Of a stretch of 64,000 bases of DNA, positions 26,701-38,000 are shown one piece after another. Both the position numbers and the translations under genes were made by a program. Position 1 is the first letter of the stretch, and every line of letters begins with the position of its first letter. Origin of the DNA: a virus; the IMG/VR virus record IMGVR_UViG_3300045996_003284, positions 1-64,000 of that record; one strand, 5' to 3'. Under the pieces are notes generated by a model that was not told the origin of the DNA, searched no databases, and saw only the letters and a program-made list of their open reading frames with translations.

Positions 26701-27165
26701 TTAAAGGCGACCGGGATGCCCGGAAAGGATTGGCTTGGGACGCTCTGGCGGTTTCTCACCGATAGCGTCCAGAGTCTCAGCCGTTGCGGTGACGATGGCC
26801 TGGATGGTGGCGCGGTCGCGGCTGGCGCGGACCTCCGCTTTGGCCGACAGAGCGATCTGCTCGATGGCGGCGGCGGCGCCCTTCCAGACCGAGTCCATCC
26901 ACAGCCACAGTTCGGCTAAGTCAATGGGCGTATCAGCGGTCAGGCCGGTTTCGGCAGCGAGATAGGGAAAGCCAGACAGGTCCACCGGGTTGCCACTCTG
27001 GACCTGATCCAAGTAGCGGATGGCCTCCGCGCGCTTGTCACTGTAGATCTGGTGCTTCTGGGGTGCGGCAAAGCGAGCCCGGACGTGTGCTGCCGCAGCA
27101 TCGATCGCGTCTTCCGCCTCGCGCCGGTCGAGCGCCACGTTCTTGGCAGCGGTGATCCGAATCAT
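26701..27165 (-). CDS. Tail fibre assembly/chaperone-like protein
   Basis: IDAAAAHVRARF...IYSDKRAEA..Y...FPYLAAE...W...AAAIEQ.ALSAK; ATGA coupling. Confidence 0.65.
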   Translation of the reverse strand: MIRITAAKNVALDRREAEDAIDAAAAHVRARFAAPQKHQIYSDKRAEAIRYLDQVQSGNPVDLSGFPYLAAETGLTADTPIDLAELWLWMDSVWKGAAAAIEQIALSAKAEVRASRDRATIQAIVTATAETLDAIGEKPPERPKPILSGHPGRL

Positions 27166-27617
27166 GTCGCGGTAATCTCCACCTTCCATGGCAGGAACGG
27201 GAACCGCCGGACCTCGATCGTGTAGACGCCAGGTGTCGCGGCGGCGAATTCGAAGCCGCCGCCGAAGACCTGGGTCGTGGTCGTCTCAACGGTGGGATCG
27301 GGATCGTCGATGATGATCTCGCACGGGTTCGGTAGGCCCGTCAGAGTGGCGAAGTCTTCGCCATCGGCCGTGATGGCCGTCTTGTCAACGGCAACCTGCA
27401 GAACGGCCTTGTCGACCACGATTTCGACGCCGTTGAAAACCTGGACGTACTGAGTATTCGGATCGCTCGCGACTTCCAACAGATCGTGGTTGTCACTGCC
27501 CCACGGTGCCAGCGCCGCGCTGATCTGGGCGTCCCGGAATTCCGCGATCAGCAGGATACCGCCGCTTGAGACGATTTCGCCGGTGTCGGTGCGGTAGATG
27601 GTGACCGGAGATGTCAT
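27162..27617 (-). CDS. Tail-associated protein
   Basis: TIYRTDTGEIV start; ITADGEDFATLTGLP, PGVYTIEV..FPF; ATGA overlap with the J stop. Confidence 0.65.
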   Translation of the reverse strand: MTSPVTIYRTDTGEIVSSGGILLIAEFRDAQISAALAPWGSDNHDLLEVASDPNTQYVQVFNGVEIVVDKAVLQVAVDKTAITADGEDFATLTGLPNPCEIIIDDPDPTVETTTTQVFGGGFEFAAATPGVYTIEVRRFPFLPWKVEITAT

Positions 27618-30600
27618 CTCTTGTACTCTACCGCAACAATCTGGCACCGGGGCTTGGCAGCTCCCATCCAGAAGGGGTCCGTGAAACGGACCCAGCCGGC
27701 ATTCCCAGCGTTGGACTGGACGTCCCATCTCAGCGTCGTTCCCGGCGCAACCTGGAAGATATGAGACAGGGTGGCGGAATCGTTGATGCCTTCCATTTGG
27801 GCGGCGACGCCGTTCAGAAGCATCCTTACGACCGCTGGGCCAACCAAAAGCAGATGCGTGGTGACGTGGATGGTGCCTCCGCCCACCGAGGACCAGCCCA
27901 TGATGTCGGTGTTCTGGAAACTCATGTTGTAAGTGGCGCCGGCCACCAAGTTTTCCATGCCAGCGACGGCGACGCCGAGGCCATTGGCTGTCAGGATATC
28001 CTTTCCGACGAGGTCTCGGACATAAAGGCCATCCAGAACCCGGTTCGGTGTTGGACCGTTCTGGCCGATCGACACACGTGTAACACCCGCCGAATCAACG
28101 AATCGAAGCGCTCGATGATTAGACCGACTTTCAATGTCGATAAACCCGAGGCCGGGCGTCTGGTCGCCGATGCGGATGTACTGAGCGTTGACGATGCCGC
28201 CGCGAAGACGATCAACGTTAAGTTCTTCGACATGGCCGGTGTTGATCTGGGCTAAGCCGATGTGGGCGCTGTTGATCAGGCCGCTGTCGATCTGAGCCGT
28301 GGCGGTGATCAGGCGCTGGGTTGAGAGTTCGGTTGCCGTGATGGACTGAGCCTGGATACGGTCGGCGTTTATAGTCCGCGCCCGGATGCCGTTGCCGTCG
28401 ATGATCGTGCGGGCATAGGAGACGAAGAGGCGCTCCGCGCCGGTATACGTGCCAAGGACGATTACGGACGGATTGGCGTTGATGGCCTGATCGGTCGTGC
28501 CGCTGATGTTTCCCGTTCCGACAGTCCAATAGATAAAGAGGACGCCGGTGGTCCACTGCAGCGAGCCGCTGGTGATGGCGTAGGTCGTGACGCCATTGCT
28601 GTCGGTTGCGGGCATGATGGCCGTACCGGCCGTCCAGGTTACCTGGGATGTTTCGCGCACCGGCGTGAAAGCAACGTTGACGAATTCAACGCCGACCCCG
28701 ACGGTGAGCTTGTCAGCCGTGATGGTCCGGGCGGCGATCGAACCGCCGTGAATCTTGGTCTGGTCCGGCCCGTACAAGATGTTGGCCAGGGTTGTTCCGC
28801 TGCTCAACGTGATTTTGCCGGGCAAGATCGTTGTCGTGCCGCGGTTGATGGCGGAGGCGGGGTCGCCACTGGCCAGAACGGTCGCGCCGAGAGTCTGGCC
28901 AGTTCCGGACACGATGACCTCGCCGGACAGGACGCTGCCGGCGATGATCTTGTTGGCGTTGAGGCTGGCGATCTTGGCGTCGTCGATTGTGCCGTTCGCG
29001 ATCGCCGCGTTGACGATGCTCAGTTCCTGATAATCCGCCTCCTCAATTTTCTTTGTCCGCGCCCCGATACCGCCGGTCAGGCTGGCTGGGAAGAAGCTGG
29101 ATTTGTTACGCGAGCGATCAACCGCCCGGATCCAGTAATAGAACTGAGCACCACCGGGCAGGTTCTCACGGGTGAACGTCGTGCCCGGCGCGTTGGCGAT
29201 GTAGGTTGCCTGGGTGCGGTCGTTGACGGTCGCTTCCCAGATCTCCATGTGGGAAAAATCCGGGTCCGGATGCGCCGGCCATTGCACCCAGATCGTCTTA
29301 AAGGCCGAACTGGGCGTCAGGCTGGTGGGGACGCTCGGGGCTTCGTCGTCTCCACCGATGACGATGCTGACTTCCGGACTGGATATCGAGTCGTTGAAGT
29401 TGTAATCCGAGGCGCTGAGGCGGACACGATAGAGGGTTCCGGCCTGAACCATCCACTCATAGCGCGGTACGTTGGTCGAGAAGAACAGGAAATTCCCAGT
29501 TTCCTCCGCGATTTCGACCCCATAACTGCGAAAGTCGTCGTCAGCGTTGGCGGCCCAGGTCGCGATCAGCCAGAATGTCTTGGTGCCGTCCGGCCCCATC
29601 CGGACCTCGTCCGTGAGCGCAAGGCCGGTGGGGACCGCCGGGGGCACCGTGTCGGCATCCTCCACACCGACCGTGACCACTTTGAGTTCGGCCGAGACGT
29701 TGAGACCCGTCTTGCCGAAACTGTCGTAACCGGCGACGCGCAAGTAGCGGGTAACCTGGATCGGCGCTTGGAGGAAGATAAAGTTGTTGGGGCCGTCGTA
29801 GACAACGGCTTCTGGGAGGGTTGCGAAGCCGGAGGTGTTGCCCATCCAGACGATGCAGCCTTCGTAGTCGAGATCGGCAGGTTTGTCGAAGCTGAGGAAG
29901 ATGGAGCCGTAGCCGCCCTCGGCCATCAGGCCGGTGACCTGAGCAGGGGCGGGGTTGGCAACGTCGATGGCGGCCGGCTTTGAGTAATTACCCCACTTGT
30001 CGCGCATCAGGACTTCGAACTTGAAGGCCCGATACGGCCCACCAGGCGACTGGCTGTTGCGCTCGAAGCTGAAGATGTAGCGCGGCTCGGTGACGTGGTC
30101 GACGAAGACCATGGTTCCGTTGAGGGTATAGACTCGGACCTCATAGTCCCGGAAGATAGGATCGAGATAGCCAGCGCCGGCAGCCGGTTCTGTGCCCATT
30201 GGGTAGGCACCGCGCACGGCGGTGCCGCGCCAGACGAAAACCGGGTCGCGCCCCAGGAACTCGTGGTTATTGCCTTGTCCTTCGATCTCCAGGCCAGTTG
30301 GGGTCAGCAGCGTGATCGGGCTGGTGTCAAGAACGTTCGCTTCCAGGATAGCGGGGCGGCTGAACACGCCGGCGAAATTGACGGCGTGAATATGGATCAG
30401 GAACTGGCCAGCGCTGTCACCATAAATGGTCTGCGTAAGGCCGGTCACTTCGTTAAATTCGGTGAAGTTGCCGCTGTTGCGCCGGTAACGAACGACGTAG
30501 CCGCGAATAAAAGCGTCCGGACTGGCATCCCAGGAGATCTGGAGGGCATCGGTCCAACCGGTCGGAGTTGAAATGTACTGACGTTCGACGCGCGGGTTGA

Positions 30601-32503
30601 GAGGCGGCTGAACCACGCCAGGGTCCGGCATCTTGCTCCACGGCCGGGTGGCAACGTTGATGCCACGTTCGACACGGGCGTAGATAGCGGGGTCGTGAGG
30701 CACGGCGGCGACGGAGTATTCCAGGTCGCCCTCATCGTTGACGCCAATGATGCGAAACTGACGCAGGGCGAGGTCACTGGCTTCGACCGCCCACATCGAT
30801 TCCGGCACCGGCACCGAGGGAAATGGCGGCAGCACGGTCACGCGGCTGACCCGTCCGGGCGTGTTGGTAACCGTACGCTTCTCAACCGTACCGTTGGGCA
30901 GCGTGACGTGGAGGGTGTAGGTCTTGCCGCCCTCGATCAGAATGCTGTCATCTAGGGTCACCGTTGTGGAATCAGCGTTAATCACCCGGCCGCCCATGCG
31001 GACCCCAGCGGTATGCTTGTCGGCGACCGCGACGATATCGCCGGGCGCGGCCTCGATGTGGTCCAGGGAGGTCCGGTAGGACAGAGTGTCACCAAGCTTC
31101 TCGGTTTCGATCAACCACTTGCCAAGGCGCTTACTCTGTCCCCTCGACCGACAGGCGAAAGCGGTGATCTCGGACGCCTGCCAGCCGTAGCGCTCAATCA
31201 GGTCGGCGTCCTGATAGACCTCGACATCCTGATCACCTTCGTCGTTGATGAAAGAGACAATGGCGACGGAGTGAATGGCGCGAGCGGCTGGGCCAGAGAA
31301 TTCCAGACCGCCGGTCGTGTTGGCGGGGCTGACGATGACGTGGGGGTCGCGCGGCGCGTCCTGGACGACCTGGACCGCGCCGTTGGCCCAATACGCCATC
31401 GCGCGGAAGGTGGAGGCCAGGGCGTTGAGCGCCGCGTAGGCTTCCTGGGCGGTGTTGATGTTGAAGTGGGCGGTGAAGCGCGGCTCCAGGATGTCTGAGC
31501 CGTCTGCGTTCTTCAGACCGGAGGGGACCAACTCGTCACAGTAGCGCGCGGCAGAATAGAGGCTCCAGCGGTCGACCATGCTGTCGGGCAGGTTGGCTCC
31601 GGCGGCGTGGGTCAGAAGTTGCAGGAACAGCCAGGCGGGGTTGTCGGTGTAGGCGATTTTGTAGGTGCCGTCCCAGATGCCGACGTAGTCTCGGCCCTCG
31701 GGGGAGTAGTTAGTCGGCACTCGGCAGAACCAACCGCGCCACTTGGCGGTGACGGTCGGCATCGAGCCACCAAACAGTTCGGCGTCGAACTCCAGCGCCA
31801 GCAGGGCGGTGCGCGGGTAGCTCAGTTTGCGGTCGATGATGTCGGTGATCGATGACCAGGAGAAGCTGTTCTGGAGACCAGCGCGGTTGCTGTCCGGGGT
31901 CATACGGACGACTTGGATGTCCCAGGGACCATCGCCCGGCAAATCGACCGACCAGGCCGCTTCATAGGTGCTTGTGGTTTTTCCCTCTATTGCGTATGGA
32001 TAATCGAATTCCCAGCCGGAGCGGCCCTGACGGCGGACCCGGATCAGGAAATCGATCCGGGTGCCGGTCATGTCGCCATTCGTCGCGTTCTGATCGAACA
32101 AGCTGTTGACAACGATGGTGATGCGCGCCCGGTTGGCGTTGGTGTTGACGATCGAGCGGGTGGCCGGTGTGTGGGTGGTAACCTCGACGGGCAAGCCGAT
32201 GTCGCCGGCGTGGATGGCCTCGACCGCGGGAAAACCCGGTATCCAGGACTGGTCCGGATCGCCACGCCGGTAGTCCCACTTGACGCCCTTGAAATTGGAG
32301 CTGCCGTCCGCGTTGATGAGCGGCGTCCCGTTCAGGTACAGATTCTTGCCACCCTCGGCGTAATCTCCGACAATCCCGACCGTCAGACCCTCGCCGATGG
32401 CGTAGAGCACCCGGCCGGTGGCCTTGCTCTGGAGCGTGTTGGGGCTTTCGATCGGGGTCCGGGTCGCCGGTGTTTTCGATTTCTTGGAAGAGAACAAACC
32501 CAT
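27614..32503 (-). CDS. Central tail tip / host specificity protein J (lambda gpJ-like)
   Basis: P.ESPNTLQS, IGEG, YPRTAL.ALEFDAELF, RVPTNY...R.Y.GIWDGTYK.AYTDNPAW, YCDELVP, EPRF; FN3 repeats. Confidence 0.95.
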   Translation of the reverse strand: MGLFSSKKSKTPATRTPIESPNTLQSKATGRVLYAIGEGLTVGIVGDYAEGGKNLYLNGTPLINADGSSNFKGVKWDYRRGDPDQSWIPGFPAVEAIHAGDIGLPVEVTTHTPATRSIVNTNANRARITIVVNSLFDQNATNGDMTGTRIDFLIRVRRQGRSGWEFDYPYAIEGKTTSTYEAAWSVDLPGDGPWDIQVVRMTPDSNRAGLQNSFSWSSITDIIDRKLSYPRTALLALEFDAELFGGSMPTVTAKWRGWFCRVPTNYSPEGRDYVGIWDGTYKIAYTDNPAWLFLQLLTHAAGANLPDSMVDRWSLYSAARYCDELVPSGLKNADGSDILEPRFTAHFNINTAQEAYAALNALASTFRAMAYWANGAVQVVQDAPRDPHVIVSPANTTGGLEFSGPAARAIHSVAIVSFINDEGDQDVEVYQDADLIERYGWQASEITAFACRSRGQSKRLGKWLIETEKLGDTLSYRTSLDHIEAAPGDIVAVADKHTAGVRMGGRVINADSTTVTLDDSILIEGGKTYTLHVTLPNGTVEKRTVTNTPGRVSRVTVLPPFPSVPVPESMWAVEASDLALRQFRIIGVNDEGDLEYSVAAVPHDPAIYARVERGINVATRPWSKMPDPGVVQPPLNPRVERQYISTPTGWTDALQISWDASPDAFIRGYVVRYRRNSGNFTEFNEVTGLTQTIYGDSAGQFLIHIHAVNFAGVFSRPAILEANVLDTSPITLLTPTGLEIEGQGNNHEFLGRDPVFVWRGTAVRGAYPMGTEPAAGAGYLDPIFRDYEVRVYTLNGTMVFVDHVTEPRYIFSFERNSQSPGGPYRAFKFEVLMRDKWGNYSKPAAIDVANPAPAQVTGLMAEGGYGSIFLSFDKPADLDYEGCIVWMGNTSGFATLPEAVVYDGPNNFIFLQAPIQVTRYLRVAGYDSFGKTGLNVSAELKVVTVGVEDADTVPPAVPTGLALTDEVRMGPDGTKTFWLIATWAANADDDFRSYGVEIAEETGNFLFFSTNVPRYEWMVQAGTLYRVRLSASDYNFNDSISSPEVSIVIGGDDEAPSVPTSLTPSSAFKTIWVQWPAHPDPDFSHMEIWEATVNDRTQATYIANAPGTTFTRENLPGGAQFYYWIRAVDRSRNKSSFFPASLTGGIGARTKKIEEADYQELSIVNAAIANGTIDDAKIASLNANKIIAGSVLSGEVIVSGTGQTLGATVLASGDPASAINRGTTTILPGKITLSSGTTLANILYGPDQTKIHGGSIAARTITADKLTVGVGVEFVNVAFTPVRETSQVTWTAGTAIMPATDSNGVTTYAITSGSLQWTTGVLFIYWTVGTGNISGTTDQAINANPSVIVLGTYTGAERLFVSYARTIIDGNGIRARTINADRIQAQSITATELSTQRLITATAQIDSGLINSAHIGLAQINTGHVEELNVDRLRGGIVNAQYIRIGDQTPGLGFIDIESRSNHRALRFVDSAGVTRVSIGQNGPTPNRVLDGLYVRDLVGKDILTANGLGVAVAGMENLVAGATYNMSFQNTDIMGWSSVGGGTIHVTTHLLLVGPAVVRMLLNGVAAQMEGINDSATLSHIFQVAPGTTLRWDVQSNAGNAGWVRFTDPFWMGAAKPRCQIVAVEYKR

Positions 32504-32505
32504 GA

Positions 32506-33093
32506 TTAAGGCATTCTCTCAACGCTGACGCCAGCGGAGATGACGATGCCGCCAACGATCATCTCGCCGCCGATGATTGGGATGGGGTATCCCTGTTCGG
32601 TCACATTAACGGCACCGCCCAGCAGGAAGGACGGTCGGTCAGCAGGGCGCTCACTGGCCTGGGGCGTCTTAGGCACCGGGGTGAGCAACTGGGCGATACC
32701 CGAAAAAGCGAGCGAAGCGCCTATCAGACCGAGGCTGGTCCACAACTGGGAGCCGACCGCCAAACCGGCCATGGGAGCGGCAACCGCCACCGCAACCATG
32801 GCAATGCCAGCGATGATTTTGCCAACCCCCCCGTTCTTAGCGCCGCGGATGGCCGGGATGATGTGGATCGACTGCCCTTTCGGCAAGTGGAACGGCAGCA
32901 TCTGTTCGTCCAGCCGCTCGCCCTTTCGGCGGGAACCGGCGATGACGCGATAGTGACCCTGGATGATATCGCCGTAGAATTGGGGAAAATTGGCGCACAG
33001 CGCACGCACGGCCTCATGGACGGAAGCGACGTCGAGACGGAACTTGGGGCCGTAGGTGTCACGCAAACGTCCGTGCAACACGATATCTCGCAT
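32506..33093 (-). CDS. Tail assembly protein I (lambda gpI-like)
   Basis: MRDIVLHGRL...G..FRLDVAS..EAVRALCANFP, IHIIPAIRGAK, SF..GAVN.TEQGYPIPIIGGE. Confidence 0.93.
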   Translation of the reverse strand: MRDIVLHGRLRDTYGPKFRLDVASVHEAVRALCANFPQFYGDIIQGHYRVIAGSRRKGERLDEQMLPFHLPKGQSIHIIPAIRGAKNGGVGKIIAGIAMVAVAVAAPMAGLAVGSQLWTSLGLIGASLAFSGIAQLLTPVPKTPQASERPADRPSFLLGGAVNVTEQGYPIPIIGGEMIVGGIVISAGVSVERMP

Positions 33094-33106
33094 GATCACA
33101 TCTCTG

Positions 33107-33946
33107 TCAAAAGATCGATTTGTCTTCACGGGGAGGGGGCGGTTTGCCGTCCCCAAACGCGGTGTGGCGCAGGGCGCGGGTGAAAAAGTTGCCGCGTTGC
33201 CAGACTCCGGCCGAGATGCGTTCCGACAGGCGTCCCGGCCGGTGGTGAAGGATGCGCCCACCGTCCAGAACCAGCGCTGCATGATTAACAACGTGCGCTT
33301 CCTCGTCGGCGCGGGCCAGCAGGACGTCACCGGGGGCGTGGTCGTTGAGGTCATCCAACGGGCGGAAGCCGGCGGCAGCGAAGCCTTCCTCGTAGAGATT
33401 TTCACCACGTTTCCACCAGTCCCAGTCACGGGGGTATTCGGGCAGGCGGATGGCGTACCATTGCCAGTAGGCGGCGCGGATCAACTCATAGCAGTCCGTT
33501 ACCTGCGGGATAAACCGGCGCTGGATCAGCGGCTCGTTGAGGCGGAATTCACCCCAGAAGATCGGTTCCTCCGCGATGCGCTCGATGCACGGGATCAGAC
33601 CCCAGGGGCATCCCCATTGCAATCTGGCTTCCTGATCGGCTTTGGACGGACCGATGAAGGCGGGATCAACCTCTCCCCTGGCGTAACAATGGCTGTGGAT
33701 GACACAGGCGACATCGTCGGCGTGGTCAGTGAGATCTTCATCCGAAATCTCGAAAAAATTGGCGGCGTCCGGGTGGGTGTTGACCAGCGGCACGTATTCA
33801 CCTTCCCCGGTGATGATGCCGACCGACTCCCGTGGATACTCGGTTTCGGCATGCGCCATGGCGGCAACGGAAGCCGCCGGGAAGAGATTTGTCATGATGG
33901 TGTCCGGAGTGATTGATGGGTGCGGCATCTTGCACGCCGCCAACAT
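33107..33946 (-). CDS. Tail tip protein K (JAB/MPN plus NlpC/P60); start probably near 33897
   Basis: YPRESVG, IHSH, PSKAD; DCYELIR, NHAAL...ILHH. Confidence 0.92.
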   Translation of the reverse strand: MLAACKMPHPSITPDTIMTNLFPAASVAAMAHAETEYPRESVGIITGEGEYVPLVNTHPDAANFFEISDEDLTDHADDVACVIHSHCYARGEVDPAFIGPSKADQEARLQWGCPWGLIPCIERIAEEPIFWGEFRLNEPLIQRRFIPQVTDCYELIRAAYWQWYAIRLPEYPRDWDWWKRGENLYEEGFAAAGFRPLDDLNDHAPGDVLLARADEEAHVVNHAALVLDGGRILHHRPGRLSERISAGVWQRGNFFTRALRHTAFGDGKPPPPREDKSIF

Positions 33947-33993
33947 ATACTTTTAAAAACCAGATTTTACCGTTATTTTACAAAAGATCACTG

Positions 33994-34689
33994 TTAGGCT
34001 CTGTTAATTCCAGGGAATCCCCCAAACGGAAGTGGAGCCTGTCCGAACCTTAACTCACAGCCGGATAGGTGATGACTGCACTTGTCCTTGGATGGATCGG
34101 ATGTTGGGCGATCCTCTTCATCGAACATGTTGACGCCCGCATAGGGGCAGGTGGCCTTACTGTTATCAAAACGCTGGCCGTTCCAGTAGCGGTACCGCCA
34201 CATGCAGATGTGCGTCGCGGCCCGCGCCGGGATCTTCTCACCATGCTTGTCGAGCGGCGTCGATAACTCCCATTCGATGATGCCAGTGTAGGTGTTGTGT
34301 CGAACTTTGCGCTGGACCAAGAACATCTGAGGCGCGAGCTTGACCTCGGGATTGGCCTCGGGTTGATCGTCCAAGTATTTGGTCAAGGTCTGCCAGCGAA
34401 TCAGTCGAGCCAGTCTCAAATCGTTCATGGCGATCACCGCGGCAACCACGATGTCAGTGGCGGGCAAGCTGAGCTTGGGCGTTGGCAGTTCACCACGGCC
34501 CGTCTTCTCAAAGCCCTCGACCGAGACCGGGACCGGCTCGTACTGGAGACCGCGCCAGCGGATCTTGGCGCCGCCCAGCGTACCCGGCGTGAACCGCAGC
34601 ACGCCGCCACCGATCGGCGTCATGTCCAGGTCGTACAGGTCAATGAGCGTGCCGGGTTTGAGTTGCTGGAAGGAAGCAGGAGGTGTCAT
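33994..34689 (-). CDS. Minor tail protein L (lambda gpL-like)
   Basis: IDLYDLD, P..VEGFE..G.G.LPTPKL, CMWRYR, CPY, DKCSHHLSGCELRF (Fe-S cysteines). Confidence 0.93.
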   Translation of the reverse strand: MTPPASFQQLKPGTLIDLYDLDMTPIGGGVLRFTPGTLGGAKIRWRGLQYEPVPVSVEGFEKTGRGELPTPKLSLPATDIVVAAVIAMNDLRLARLIRWQTLTKYLDDQPEANPEVKLAPQMFLVQRKVRHNTYTGIIEWELSTPLDKHGEKIPARAATHICMWRYRYWNGQRFDNSKATCPYAGVNMFDEEDRPTSDPSKDKCSHHLSGCELRFGQAPLPFGGFPGINRA

Positions 34690-35042
34690 GCAATGTCCGC
34701 CACTTCTTCAAAAACCGCCGTCATGCGGTCATGGAACCGGGAGCCGTTGACCGGCTCGCGCGTCCACTCCCGACAGACAAAGCGACGGGGTGCGGTTTGC
34801 CGGGGCGGCGTCCACCAGAACCACTCGACCCCGCCATGGGCGTCGAAGAAGTTCTCGATGTTGTTGGCGATAACGATGGAGCAGACATCAAACGGAATGT
34901 CCCAAGTCTGAAGGTTGGAGTTGGGACCACGCCGTGAGCGCAGTTCGTAGTTCATCTCGTCAAAGCGGACCGAGCGCACACTGGGCTGCTTGCGCATCCG
35001 GGCGCCGTAGGAAATTTCCGAGACGATGAAGGTTGCCGCCAT
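34686..35042 (-). CDS. Minor tail protein M (lambda gpM-like)
   Basis: VRSVRF..YE.R...GPN, IENFFDAHGGVEWFWWTPP, MTAVFEEV. Confidence 0.9.
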   Translation of the reverse strand: MAATFIVSEISYGARMRKQPSVRSVRFDEMNYELRSRRGPNSNLQTWDIPFDVCSIVIANNIENFFDAHGGVEWFWWTPPRQTAPRRFVCREWTREPVNGSRFHDRMTAVFEEVADIA

Positions 35043-35045
35043 TTG

Positions 35046-38000
35046 CTAACCCATACCATTAGGGTTAAGCTGACCGCCAGGACGTATCGATCGGCGAATT
35101 TCTTCCTGCACCATTCCTTGTAGCTGTCGGGTAATGGCTTTGCCGAACCGCTCGCCGTCTTCCTGGGAAGCGCCCTGCGGCATGTTCACATTCACGTTCG
35201 GGGAGACCGTGATGCTGGTGTTGCCGCCGGCCGGCCCCAACGCTTTCATTTGACCGGGTGTAAAAACCCCTTCATTTTCCTTCAAAATCGCAGGTGTTTC
35301 TCCGGGGGCTAGACTTGGCAGTTTCCCACTGTGGAACCGTGGGGCACCCTGAAAGACCTCGGGCGCGACAGACTTTGTGGCAAGACGGTCTTGACCGATG
35401 ATGCCGCCAGTATGCGCCATGGGGAAGCCGCCCCCCATGGCGCCCATCGCCCCCATCGCTCCCATTGTTCCCATCGCACCCATGGCCCCCGCGCCTGCCA
35501 TGCCCCCGAACATGCCGTTCATGGCCATGGCGATCGGAATGGTAATGGCTTGCCGGATGGCCATGCGCGCCAAGTCAGCGGCGATGCTGCGAGCCATATC
35601 GGCGAAGGCTTCCTTGACGCTCTTGGTCCCGGTGATGATGTCGACCAGCGCATCTTCCATGTTCATCAGACCGCCGTAGCTAATCTCGCGCATCTGCTGG
35701 TCGAAGGTCAGACCGCTGTCGGCAAGCTGGCGCAGGGAGTCATTCTGTTTTGCCAGTCGGTCAGAGACAACGGCCAAGTCGCCGGCGAGCTTGATTTGCT
35801 TCTGGCTGTACTCATCGGTCGCGTCACCGTTGGCCTGGAGCAGTTCGGCTTCCTTCTCCAGTTCAGCCGATCGGCGTACGTAGGCTTCGCCGAGAAGGCT
35901 CATGGCAGCGCTCTGCCTGCCCACGGCATCGATCTGGCCTTCCGTGGACCGGATGGATTCGTTGGAAGCGTCGATGTATTCCCGGATTGCAACCTCACCA
36001 GAACCGCGGACAGCCTCCTCAAAGCGAGGCGTGTTCTTGGAGATGCCTTGATCGCGAAGTTCCTGTTCCTGCTGAAGTTCCGCAATCCGGCGAATGCGTT
36101 CCTGGCCAACTAACTTGAGAGCATTGGCCTCGTCTTCGTAGTCCTTGATGGTATCGCGGGTTTCGCGAATTCTCTGGTTGACCATGCCTGCCTGTTCGGC
36201 GTTCTGACGTGCCAACATCAGTTCTTCTAGGCTTCGGATGGCCTCCTTGTCCGTCGAGACCCCGAGCCGTATTGCCTCATCACGGGCCTGTTGCGCAATG
36301 GCTTCGCGGTTGGCCGCCTCAGCGCTCCCCAACTGGACCCGCGCCATCGCCTCGATCTGGGCAATCTCGTTCCTCAGGTCCATCTTGGCGCCTTCGAATG
36401 CCGCCGCTGTCTTGGCGTCGTAGAGGGTGCCGATGAGTTCTTCGAGTTTGTCCTTTTGTTGTTTTGTCAGTTTTTCACTCAGAGCGTGGACCTGATTCAT
36501 GATGGACTGAGCGCGGGTCTGCTGCTCAACCGCTTCCGTACCCTTGCCGTAGGCGACGGCCAGTTCTCGTTCGGCGGCGATGCTTTCCTGGAGTTCACGC
36601 AGTTTTTCACCAAAACGATCTACTTTTTCCGCCTTTGCCCGCGGCGTTTTACTTGCTTGAAATTCCTTTTCGGCAATCTTGCCGCTCTTTTCAATATAAG
36701 CTTTTTGTTCCGGCGTTAACTCTTCGCGAGTAATACTGCCCAAGCCAACGCCGGTTGGGCCGCGTGTTTGAAGCTCAAGGAAGGCTTTTTCTTCAGCAGC
36801 CCGCCGCGCTCCTTCAGCCGTTCGGGATTTTTCGCCAGCGATGATCTTATCCATCACCCTAAGTTGATGGTCAAGGTTCATGTTCTGCTGTTTTTGGGCT
36901 TCGCTCGCCTCAACAGCCGCTGTTTTCCCAGCCTCGAATACAGGCGCCCAACGATCAGCGTTCTTTTTAAACGGAGACTTGTCGCCAATGTCGAGCCCAA
37001 GCTGATCCGCCTCCTGAATCTGAGCAACCCCAGCGACGCGGTCCAAGCCTGCTCGGTTGAGCAAAACATCCGTGGTCGCCCGAGCAACGGCAGCATTCTG
37101 CTGCAATTCTGCGGAACGCTTGGCTGCGTCGGCGGCCCGAGCCGCTTCCCAATTGGCCTCCGACAGCGTGAAGATGGCTTGTGCTGCCCGGCTGCTAATA
37201 TTGACACCGGCTTCGACAATCCGATTGCGCGCTTCTTGTGCGACTTTCTCCTTATCCGCCGCATCACCTCCCTTGCCATGGGCCTCGGCTAGTTTGTGGA
37301 GATCCAGGATCGAGGTATTGAGTTCCTGGATGATGGGACCGGCTTTGACCCGATCCTTGGCCTCGGAAAGTTGGCCCATCAGGCTCATGATTTCCTTAAG
37401 ACCTTCGGCGGAGACCTTGTCTCCCCAGTCCATCTTGACCTGAGCCAGCATCTCCATCTGCGATTTGAGTTCCGCGGCGGCGGCGGCATTCATCTCGAAT
37501 GCTTGGAACAGTTTGTCCTGCTCTGCGATCTGGCGCTGAATCTGCTCTGTTGCCTTCGCCAGAATTTCCGCTTGGGCTGTCTCGCGAACCCCCGATGCCG
37601 TGGCACTTGTCCCCGCTCCGGCAAATCCGCCCGTAAACCCGGTCTGATTGGTCATCAGGGCGCGCTGGGCAGCCTGTGCACGCTGCCGAGCCATCTGCCG
37701 TTCACGCTGCTCGCGCGCAATATCAGCGTCACGATTCGGATCTGCCGGCATCATGCCGCCAAACTCAGCGCCGAGTCCGGTGGTGGACATGGCCTCCTGA
37801 ATGCGCTGAGCGTCTCGCATTTTCTTGATATTGTCGTCAAGCCGCTTCTGTTCCTCACGCGCCAAGTCTCGGATGGCGGTGATCTTGGCCCGAATGTCGT
37901 TAACCTCATCCTTATCGTTGGCTGACGCTTTAAGTTGAGAACGCAGATCCTTCAGTTCCTTAAGCGCGGCGTTGTGCTCAAGTTGCGCCTTGGCATTTTC

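Noticed and set aside
28748-29983. Long antisense ORFs (also 4508-5473, 11556-12677, 61282-62256)
   Set aside because: Shadows of high-GC coding genes on the opposite strand
33094-33429. Extended N-termini in the ORF track (also the ORFs starting at 48838, 56216, 42540, 27728, 7639)
   Set aside because: They overlap upstream genes; internal starts with RBS or coupling fit better
35432-35505. Functional link between Gly-Met repeats in TMP and TrbI
   Set aside because: Low-complexity in-frame linkers with different DNA units
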